Below, piece after piece: positions 18,853 to 25,751 of a stretch of 32,000 bases of DNA; the stretch's first letter is position 1; the number at the start of each line of letters is the position of its first letter. A program made the position numbers and the translations under genes. The notes below the pieces were generated by a model that did not search any database, was not told the DNA's origin, and saw only the letters and a list, made by a program, of their open reading frames with translations. Source of the DNA: Ferroglobus placidus DSM 10642 (GTDB lineage Archaea; Halobacteriota; Archaeoglobi; Archaeoglobales; Archaeoglobaceae); NCBI RefSeq assembly GCF_000025505.1, contig NC_013849.1, positions 1,920,001 to 1,952,000 of the forward strand, given 5' to 3'.

Positions 18853-18975
18853 AGTTAAATTAAAAATTTACTATTTAAAAATTTATCGATTTTCTAGAAT
18901 TTGAACGTTAGGTTAGCGGAAATTTTATACATCAGCAGAGGTTGAGTTTATTTACTTCTCCGCTTTAATCTATCC

Positions 18976-19599
18976 GTGCTCGGGTACTGCGAAAACTGCG
19001 GGTATTTCGAAGGAAGATGCGCATGCGGTAAAGGAAAAATTCTGCTCACTCAGGAGAAGAGAGAAGCGATCAGCAAGTTTTTAAGCGGAATTCTCAGGCA
19101 CTTTCCGGATTCGTTCGGCATCAGGCTCGATAAAAACGGTTTTGCCGATTTAGATGAAGTGATCAGAATCCTGAGGGAGAGGTACGGCGTTGGAAAGCGG
19201 GAAGTTGAAGCGATAGTTCTATTCGACAAAAAGGGAAGGTTTGAAATTAAGGACGGAAAGATAAGAGCTCGCTATGGACACAGCGTCAAGGTTGATTACA
19301 GATGGAGCGAAGAGGGGAAAATTCCAGAGAAGCTTTACCACGGAACGAAGCCCGAAAACGTAAAGAGCATTTTAAAGCTCGGTTTGCTTCCGATGAAGAG
19401 GAACGAGGTGCATTTGTCCGAAAGTATTGATGACGCGATAGAGGTTGGAAAGAGATACTGCAAAAATCCCGTCGTTCTTGAGATAGATGCGAAGAAGATG
19501 CTTGAGGACGGCTTCGAAATTAGAAAAAAAGGAAGAGTTTACACTACCGATTACGTCCCGAGCAAGTATATAAAGGTGGTGGAATGGAGAGGGAAATAA
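18976..19599 (+). CDS. kptA: RNA 2'-phosphotransferase Tpt1/KptA with an N-terminal 4-Cys extension
   Basis: ISKFLSGILRHFPDSFGIRLDKNGFADLDEV....RFEI.DGKIRARYGHS...LYHGT is the Tpt1 pattern. The N-terminus reads CENCGYFEGRCACG. Confidence 0.8.
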   Translation: MLGYCENCGYFEGRCACGKGKILLTQEKREAISKFLSGILRHFPDSFGIRLDKNGFADLDEVIRILRERYGVGKREVEAIVLFDKKGRFEIKDGKIRARYGHSVKVDYRWSEEGKIPEKLYHGTKPENVKSILKLGLLPMKRNEVHLSESIDDAIEVGKRYCKNPVVLEIDAKKMLEDGFEIRKKGRVYTTDYVPSKYIKVVEWRGK

Positions 19600-20489
19600 T
19601 CGATATTGCGAAGAGGATTTTCAAATTTGAGGAAGAAGACGCTGGCTTCTTTAAGTTTGGAGACGCTTATATTGTTATAGCGAACGACATGCTTTCGAGA
19701 TCTTTCGACTTTCCCTCAAAGCTTTTACCAAAACAAATCGGCTGGAAAGCCGTGACAGCAAGCGTAAGCGACCTGGCTGCTATGGGAGCGAAGCCCATTT
19801 ATTTCTCCTACTCACTCGGTTTAAGTAGAGAGGAGATTTCGTTCGTCGAGGATCTCATGAAGGGAATAAGAGAGGCTCTTGATTTCTACGGCATGAAATT
19901 TTTGTCCGGAGACACAAACGAATCTACTGAATTGGTTCTGGACAGCGTAGCCGTTGGTATTGCAAGAAACCTTCTTCTAAGAAGCAACGCTAAAGTAGGA
20001 GATGCAGTATGCGTTACGGGAGACCTCGGGAGGGCTTACTGCTCTCTACTATACTTGCTGGAAAAAGTGGAGGAAATTGAAGAGAAAATTCTCGAAAAGT
20101 TTTTAAAGCCGGTAGCGAGGGTTGACGAAGGATTAAAGCTCGCAAATATTGCGAATTCAGCCATAGACGTTAGCGACGGTTTGTCAAAGGAGTTGAATCT
20201 GCTCGCAAACTCAAGCGGAGTGATGATAAAGGTTTTCGAAGATAGAATTCCCATAAGAGAGGAGGTTCTGGAGTTTTGCACTTCTAACAACTTAAATCCG
20301 ATAGAGGTTGCGTTGAATTCCGGAGAGGAATACGAACTTCTCTTCACGGTAAGCAAGGACAAGCTTGAAGATCTGGATTTCGAGTTCAGCATCATTGGGG
20401 AAGTTTCTAAGGGAGAAGGAGTCTTCCTCGTTGGAAAAGAGAAAAAACCATTACTTCCTGCAGGATGGGAGCACTTCTCAAGCAAATAG
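19584..20489 (+). CDS. thiL: Thiamine-monophosphate kinase (AIR-synthase-related fold)
   Basis: EEDAGFF..GDAYIVIANDML....F......PKQIGWKAVTASVSDLAAMGAKP and a later SGDTN motif. Confidence 0.7.
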   Translation: MEREIIDIAKRIFKFEEEDAGFFKFGDAYIVIANDMLSRSFDFPSKLLPKQIGWKAVTASVSDLAAMGAKPIYFSYSLGLSREEISFVEDLMKGIREALDFYGMKFLSGDTNESTELVLDSVAVGIARNLLLRSNAKVGDAVCVTGDLGRAYCSLLYLLEKVEEIEEKILEKFLKPVARVDEGLKLANIANSAIDVSDGLSKELNLLANSSGVMIKVFEDRIPIREEVLEFCTSNNLNPIEVALNSGEEYELLFTVSKDKLEDLDFEFSIIGEVSKGEGVFLVGKEKKPLLPAGWEHFSSK

Positions 20490-20506
20490 CTTCGCCAAAT
20501 TAAAAC

Positions 20507-20522
20507 CGAAAATCTTTTATAT
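20507..20522 (+). promoter_or_regulatory. BRE/TATA-like element CGAAAAT-C-TTTTATAT
   Basis: It matches the archaeal BRE (cRnaAnt) plus an 8-bp TATA. The TATA centre is about 27 nt upstream of ATG 20546. Confidence 0.5.
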
Positions 20523-20545
20523 TGTTTTCGTGAACACTTTGCCGA

Positions 20546-20629
20546 ATGTTGGCAAGGTCTGATGGCAACTTAGCGTTTAGACACTTCTTCTGGTTTACGT
20601 TTAGCTTTAGCTATAGGTATAGCTTCTAA
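20546..20629 (+). promoter_or_regulatory. Candidate leader-peptide ORF, 27 codons: MLARSDGNLAFRHFFWFTFSFSYRYSF*
   Basis: Hand translation of atg ttg gca agg tct gat ggc aac tta gcg ttt aga cac ttc ttc tgg ttt acg ttt agc ttt agc tat agg tat agc ttc taa. There are 7 Phe, 1 Trp and 2 Tyr in the last 17 codons. It lies 89 nt upstream of the aro operon start. Confidence 0.4.
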
Positions 20630-20631
20630 AC
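20599..20631 (+). other. Imperfect 12-bp hairpin overlapping leader codons 18-27 and the stop
   Basis: GTTTAG(20599-20604)/CTAAAC(20626-20631) and AGCTAT(20609-20614)/ATAGCT(20619-20624), with loop AGGT and a 4x1 internal loop. A second GTTTAG at 20575-20580 could pair alternatively. Confidence 0.45.
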
Positions 20632-20718
20632 CTGCAAAAGTTTCTCGGGGGTGTTTCTGCTTTGTCAAACTCCCACTCCTCAAAAATATAAACTTCAAAA
20701 ATAAAAGAGGTGAATAAA

Positions 20719-21504
20719 ATGGTGGGGAAGAGGAGAAGGCTGAAAAAGATATTCAGAAACGATTTGAGCTTAGTGGTGCCAATGGATCACGGAATAACGA
20801 AACCAGAGGCTGGACTGGAGAAAATAGATTTCCTGCTCGAAAGGCTCGACGGCTTGGCAGACGCTTTCGTTTTGCACAAGGGAGTTGTGAAGCATTCGAA
20901 GTACGTTGAGGAGATGGAATCTGCTTTGATAGTTCACCTCTCAGCTTCTACATCACTCTCTCCAGATCCGAACGCGAAAACAATAGTAACGAGCGTAAAG
21001 AAGGCTGTAGAACTTGGGGCTGATGCTGTGAGTGTTCACATAAACGTCGGAAGCGAAACGGAAGAAAGGCAGCTTAAAGAGGTTGGGATGGTCGCCGAAG
21101 AGGCTGACGAATACGGAGTTCCTTTGCTCGTCATGAGCTACCCGAGGGGGAGAGGAGTGGATGAGAAGAAAGTCGAGAACGTCATGCACGCCGCAAGAGT
21201 AGCTTACGAGCTCGGGGCTGATATAATAAAGACGAACTACACCGGAAGCGCTGAGAGCTTCTCCAAAGTCGTTGAAATCGTGGATGTTCCTGTTTTAATA
21301 GCTGGAGGGAACAAAAAGAGCTTTGAAAGTTTCTTGATGGACGTAAGAAATGCGATAAGAGCCGGAGCTAAAGGAGTTGCCGCTGGAAGAAACGTCTTTC
21401 AGGCGGAAGATCCGAGAGGGGTTGTTATGGCTATTAAGTCGGCTTTCAAAGAGGCATTGATAGGTGTGGGAGATGAAGGAGCTTTGGCTGCTAAACAAAG
21501 GTGA
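20719..21504 (+). CDS. aroA': 2-amino-3,7-dideoxy-D-threo-hept-6-ulosonate (ADH) synthase, a class I aldolase (DhnA/FbaB) family member
   Basis: LKKIFRNDLSLVVPMDHGIT... and the Schiff-base region IIKTNYTG. It is directly followed by DHQ synthase II. SD GAGGTGA (20707-20713) favours ATG 20719 over GTG 20710. Confidence 0.7.
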   Translation: MVGKRRRLKKIFRNDLSLVVPMDHGITKPEAGLEKIDFLLERLDGLADAFVLHKGVVKHSKYVEEMESALIVHLSASTSLSPDPNAKTIVTSVKKAVELGADAVSVHINVGSETEERQLKEVGMVAEEADEYGVPLLVMSYPRGRGVDEKKVENVMHAARVAYELGADIIKTNYTGSAESFSKVVEIVDVPVLIAGGNKKSFESFLMDVRNAIRAGAKGVAAGRNVFQAEDPRGVVMAIKSAFKEALIGVGDEGALAAKQR

Positions 21505-22450
21505 AAAGTGGGAGGAAGTCAAAGAGAGCGTGAAAGATGCCATAGAACTCGGCTTTACCGGAGTTATCGTTAGAGAGGAATTTAAAGAACTTGCCGAAAA
21601 ACTCGGAAGGATTGAGGTTTCGTCGGAAGACATTTTTGAGGTAAAAGGAAAGAAGGACGAAGAAGAAGCTTTAAGAATTGCGGAAGAAAAAGGCAGGGTT
21701 TTTCTCGATTTCGAAAACTGGAAGATAATTCCGCTAGAAAACATCGTGGCTATGAGGAAAAAAGGGAAAGTCGTAGTTCTCGTGAAATCTCCGGAAGAGG
21801 CGAAGACAGTCCTGCATACTCTCGAAAAGGGTGCTGATGGAATAATCGTCGAAGCTTACGATAGAGAGAAGCTCGCCGAATTTGCAAACATTATGAGAGA
21901 GGGAGAGAAACTGAAACTCGTGGAGGCTGAAATTAAAAAGATCGTCCCACTCGGAGTTGGAGACAGAGTTTGCGTAGACACGATTACTTTGATGAGCAAA
22001 GGTGAGGGGATGCTCGTAGGAAATAAAGCCGAGTTTATGTTTCTCGTGGCAAGCGAGAGTGAGGAAAGCGAATACGTTTCCGCAAGACCCTTCAGAGTTA
22101 ACGCCGGAAGCGTGAACGCCTACATTAAAGTCGGCGAGAAGACCAAGTACCTCTCGGAGCTTAAAGCTGGGGACAAAGTGGAGATAGTCAGATTCGACGG
22201 GAATACGAGGGAAAGTTACGTCGGAAGGGTGAAGATAGAGAAGAGACCGATGATACTTATAGAGGCTGAAGCTAACGGCTTGAGGGGAAGCGTCATACTT
22301 CAGAACGCGGAAACGATAAAGCTTGTAGGGAAGGACGGAGAGCACTTGAGCGTTTCCGAGTTAAAGGAGGGAGACAAGGTTTTGGTGTGGATAGGCGAGA
22401 AAGCGAGACATTTTGGCGTTGCGGTGGAGGAGTTCATAGTTGAAAGGTAA
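21473..22450 (+). CDS. aroB': 3-dehydroquinate synthase II (archaeal type)
   Basis: MKELWLLNKGEKWEEVKESVKDAIELGFTGVIV... is typical of the DHQS-II family. It overlaps the upstream gene by 32 nt. Confidence 0.75.
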   Translation: MKELWLLNKGEKWEEVKESVKDAIELGFTGVIVREEFKELAEKLGRIEVSSEDIFEVKGKKDEEEALRIAEEKGRVFLDFENWKIIPLENIVAMRKKGKVVVLVKSPEEAKTVLHTLEKGADGIIVEAYDREKLAEFANIMREGEKLKLVEAEIKKIVPLGVGDRVCVDTITLMSKGEGMLVGNKAEFMFLVASESEESEYVSARPFRVNAGSVNAYIKVGEKTKYLSELKAGDKVEIVRFDGNTRESYVGRVKIEKRPMILIEAEANGLRGSVILQNAETIKLVGKDGEHLSVSELKEGDKVLVWIGEKARHFGVAVEEFIVER

Positions 22451-23054
22451 GGTGATTGCAACCGTAAAGAATTTCGCTGAGGTTTCAAAAGTTTTGAGAG
22501 TTGCAGACGGAGTTGAATTTCGCATCGACCTCTTCAGAAAACCTCCAGAGCCGAAGAGCGTTAGGATTGAAAAGATAAGCATAGTGACGATAAGAAAACC
22601 AGAAGACGGAGGAAAGTATTCTGGCGACGAAGAGGAGAGGTTGAAATTGCTCGAAAAATACAGTAAGTTCTGCGATTACGTCGATCTGGAATACTATCTG
22701 GCTGACGAGGTTTTCGAGAAAATGAGCTGCAAGGTAATCGAATCCTACCACAACTTCAGCGAAACACCCGATTACGAGTTTTTAAAAGGAATAGTCGAGA
22801 ACAGAAGGGGAGACATCGTAAAGATAGCCACCCTCGGAAAAAGTAAGAGGGACGTGGAGAAAATTGTGAAATTGCTCTGCGATTACGAAAACGTTGTGGC
22901 ATTTTTAATGGGCGAAGAGTTCGCTTTCACGAGAATTTTCTCTCTTTTCCTCGGCTCACCTTTCATCTACTGCGGAGTTGGAGAAAGCGTTGCCCCCGGG
23001 CAGTACGACGTTTTCAAAGCTGTAAAAATACTTAAGGGGCTGGGATACAGATGA
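22440..23054 (+). CDS. aroD: 3-dehydroquinate dehydratase, type I
   Basis: TTG start. GVEFRIDLF and the IVKIATLGKS (catalytic Lys region) pattern; about 200 aa. Confidence 0.75.
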   Translation: MKGKVIATVKNFAEVSKVLRVADGVEFRIDLFRKPPEPKSVRIEKISIVTIRKPEDGGKYSGDEEERLKLLEKYSKFCDYVDLEYYLADEVFEKMSCKVIESYHNFSETPDYEFLKGIVENRRGDIVKIATLGKSKRDVEKIVKLLCDYENVVAFLMGEEFAFTRIFSLFLGSPFIYCGVGESVAPGQYDVFKAVKILKGLGYR

Positions 23055-24964
23055 AGATCTGCATTTACGGAATGGGAGGAATGGGAAGTTTCTTCAAAAA
23101 CTTCTTCGAGAACAGGGGTTACTTCGTGAAGGGATACGATGTGGTTAAAGAAAAGAGCGAAATAAGATTGGAGGAGGTAAAGAACTTCGACGTAATTTTC
23201 CTGTGCGTTCCGATGGATAAAATAGAGGATGCCGTTAGCGAGATAAAAGAGACTGCTGACAAAAACGCTCTTTTGGTGGACATAGCTTCGGTAAAAAAGC
23301 CTTTCGTGAAAATTTACGAAAGTTCAGGATTTGAATGGATGAGCATTCATCCGATGTTCGGTCCGGATAGCGAGATCGGGCTTTCGAACGTGATAGTCGT
23401 AAGGTTGCCGAAAGATGAGAGGGCTGTAAGGATAGTGGAGGAGTTCAGGAAGAGCGGAGCAATTGTAAGCTTTCTAAGCTTGGAAGAGCACGATGAGGAG
23501 ATGGCGAAAATTCAAAGTACTTCGCACTTCCTCCTCCTCACCCTATCCTATTACCTGAGGGAGTGGTTCAACGAAGAGAAGCTGAAAATTCTCTCGCCAA
23601 TTTCCCTTACTTTGATAAAACTCGCATCGAGGATAATAAATCAGGACTGGAAGATGTACGAGTACATTCTCGAAAACGGAAGAGAAGTTAGGAAGGAGAT
23701 AATAAAAGCTGCCTCGGAAGTTGACAGATTTATCGAAGAGGGAAAGGTTCAGGAACTCTTCGATTACCTAAGAGGAGCGTTCAAAAACGGAAAAAACACG
23801 ACGATAATACTCGACAGTGCAAGAACGACTTTAACTCCGAACTCGCTGGAAGAGTTGAGAGGTTACATAAAAACGGTGGACTCTCTAATTTTGAGGCTGA
23901 TAGAAAAAAGGGTCGATGCCGGGAGAAGAATTGCGCTGGAAAAAATGAAGAGAAACGAGCCGATAGAGGTTTCGGAGGTGGAGTACTTCAAACTCAAGGA
24001 GCTGACGTCGAAAACTTCCCTCGATGCCGGAAGCGTAAGCAGTATTTTCGAGGAAATAATGAGCCTTACGAAGGCTGAAGAATACAAGGTGGCTGGAGTT
24101 GAGAAAAAAGTTGCTGTTCTCGGACCAGCGGGAAGCTTTTCTGAAGAAGCCGCTCTGAAACTCATAGATTCCAAGCTCCCGCTTATTTACTGTTCAAGCG
24201 TCGAAGAAATAGTGAAAGCTGTTGAAAGCGGAAAAGCCGACTTCGGGATTCTGCCGATAGAAAACTCGATAAACGGAACGGTGATACCTTCCCTCGACGC
24301 TCTTCTGAAGCACGACGTTGAGGTTTTTGCTGAAACGGAAGTTGAAGTCAATCTGAATTTGGCTGCTAAAAAGCTTATCGACCTCAAGGACGTTGAAGTC
24401 ATCTACTCCCACCCCCAAGCGGTTTCGCAATGCATGACGTTCATAAACAACTACTTACCCCACGCTGAGATAAGATACACAAGAAGCACGAGCGATGCTG
24501 TATCTCTTTTGGATGAGAAATCTGCTGCAATAGTTTCGGAAAATGCTGCAAAAATTTACAGGCTTCAAATACTGAGAAGAAGCATTCAGGATGCTAAGGA
24601 GAACGTTACGAGGTTTTACGTTGTGAGGAGGAGGGGAGGAGAGGTAAGGGGAAACGTTACAGCCCTTTTCTTCGGAGTGGAAGACAAGCCGGGAGCTCTC
24701 TTCAGCGTTCTTGAGATATTCAAGAGGAGAAACATAAATCTGAGGAAGCTTGAAAGTCGTCCCTCCGGAATTAAGCTCGGAGATTACATATTCTTCGTCG
24801 AAGCCGAAAAGAAGCTTGAGGAGGAAGAGCTGAAAGAGCTGAAGGAAAGGACGACGTTTTATAAAGTTGTTGGGGTGTTTGAAAAAATCGACCGACTTAA
24901 CGTTTTCATTTCGGAGCGAAAAGAATCGTCATCATCAGAAGACCGAAGAGCAAAAGAAGCATGA
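23051..24964 (+). CDS. tyrA-pheA: Trifunctional prephenate dehydrogenase (TyrA) - chorismate mutase (AroQ) - prephenate dehydratase (PheA plus ACT)
   Basis: N-terminal Rossmann MKICIYGMGGMGSFF, then the AroQ helix LEELRGYIKTVDSLILRLIEKRVDAGRRIA. This is followed by PDT (VAVLGPAGSFSEEAA...ENSINGTV) and ACT (ALFFGVEDKPGALFSVLEIFKRRNINL). A fusion of these three activities has been characterised biochemically in Archaeoglobus fulgidus. Confidence 0.85.
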   Translation: MKICIYGMGGMGSFFKNFFENRGYFVKGYDVVKEKSEIRLEEVKNFDVIFLCVPMDKIEDAVSEIKETADKNALLVDIASVKKPFVKIYESSGFEWMSIHPMFGPDSEIGLSNVIVVRLPKDERAVRIVEEFRKSGAIVSFLSLEEHDEEMAKIQSTSHFLLLTLSYYLREWFNEEKLKILSPISLTLIKLASRIINQDWKMYEYILENGREVRKEIIKAASEVDRFIEEGKVQELFDYLRGAFKNGKNTTIILDSARTTLTPNSLEELRGYIKTVDSLILRLIEKRVDAGRRIALEKMKRNEPIEVSEVEYFKLKELTSKTSLDAGSVSSIFEEIMSLTKAEEYKVAGVEKKVAVLGPAGSFSEEAALKLIDSKLPLIYCSSVEEIVKAVESGKADFGILPIENSINGTVIPSLDALLKHDVEVFAETEVEVNLNLAAKKLIDLKDVEVIYSHPQAVSQCMTFINNYLPHAEIRYTRSTSDAVSLLDEKSAAIVSENAAKIYRLQILRRSIQDAKENVTRFYVVRRRGGEVRGNVTALFFGVEDKPGALFSVLEIFKRRNINLRKLESRPSGIKLGDYIFFVEAEKKLEEEELKELKERTTFYKVVGVFEKIDRLNVFISERKESSSSEDRRAKEA

Positions 24965-25097
24965 AGATCATGAAGTTTCTCTGCCTTTTCCTCTCTTCCT
25001 CGTACTTTCTCTCACACCTATCGCTGCAAAAAATTTCTTCCGGCTCTATAGCCTTTCCGCAAACCACGCAGTGTCTGTGAGGAACAATGCCGGGCAT
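24906..25097 (-). CDS. DUF2116-like zinc-ribbon protein with a C-terminal TM helix
   Basis: CVVCGKAIEPEEIFCSDRC (C-x2-C...C-x3-C), then a basic linker and FMIFMLLLLFGLLMMTILF. Confidence 0.5.
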   Translation of the reverse strand: MPGIVPHRHCVVCGKAIEPEEIFCSDRCERKYEEERKRQRNFMIFMLLLLFGLLMMTILFAPK

Positions 25098-25120
25098 GGT
25101 TTTAAATCGACGTCGAATAT

Positions 25121-25709
25121 TTAAATTTTCTCTAAAATTTTCATAATTTCCTTCGAATCGACTTTGAGTCCCTCAAATGTTATTTCCTGCTTAACTTCAG
25201 CCGGGTACTCGAAGCAGATTTCCCTCTTTTCCCCCTTTCTTTCCACAAATATCGTGTTAGAAAATAGCTTCTGGAGTATTTTCTCCTCCTTTTTTGTGAC
25301 CGTATGAGAATTTATGACTGCCAAGGTGCAGCCGTTAACGGCTCTTATCTTAACTATAGTGTTGTGGAGAAACATGTACGTTTTTTCAAGCCCGTGGATC
25401 ATTAAAAGCTCCGGAATTATCGTAAAAATGAAAATTCCCGAGTCTTTTTCGAGGATCTTAGAAACTGCTATACTTACATCGTTAAGGTTCAGAAGGTTTA
25501 TAACATAAATACCCTCCTCCCACGGGCGGGTGGCTAATAAAACAACTTTTTCGGCAAGCTCATACTCTTCAATCAGCTTTCTAAGAAAAGAAATGTGCTC
25601 AGAAGCGATTATGAATATTTTACCTCTCAGTTCTTTGGCTATGGAGAGAGATAGAGATAACCCATCAGAAAAAAAAATCCGAAATTAGTAAGTAATCTGC
25701 GTTTTTCAT
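25121..25709 (-). pseudogene. RecA-superfamily (KaiC/FlaH/DUF835-like, degenerate Walker A) protein interrupted by a +1 frame change in a T9 (plus-strand A9) run
   Basis: ATG 25709 reads MKNADYLLISDFFF*. The listed 93-aa ORF frame is open 85 further codons upstream (FRIFFSDGLSLSLSIAKELRGKIFIIASEHISFLRKLIEEYELAEKVVLLATRPWEEGIYVINLLNLNDVSIAVSKILEKDSGIFIFTIIPELL-MIHG...) with no start codon. The two frames meet at A9, 25669-25677. Confidence 0.7.
25669..25677. repeat. A9/T9 homopolymer, the longest mononucleotide run I found in the window
   Basis: cccatcag-aaaaaaaaa-tccgaaatt. Other runs seen are 7 nt or shorter and sit in intact frames. Confidence 0.9.
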
Positions 25710-25751
25710 CACTCTAAATTTTACACTGCTTAACTTAATTATATTTTTGAT

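Noticed and set aside
20490-20718. A riboswitch (for example TPP, because thiL is adjacent) in the long spacer.
   Set aside because: thiL is upstream, not downstream, of the spacer, and I could not find TPP-type conserved cores (CUGAGA ... ACCUGAUC). The leader-ORF/hairpin interpretation fits the sequence better.
24881-24964. A possible frameshift in the 3' tail of tyrA-pheA at the A6 run.
   Set aside because: This is only a length argument. The ACT domain is complete either way and nothing is truncated, so it is kept as a remark under the convergent-overlap finding rather than a pseudogene call.
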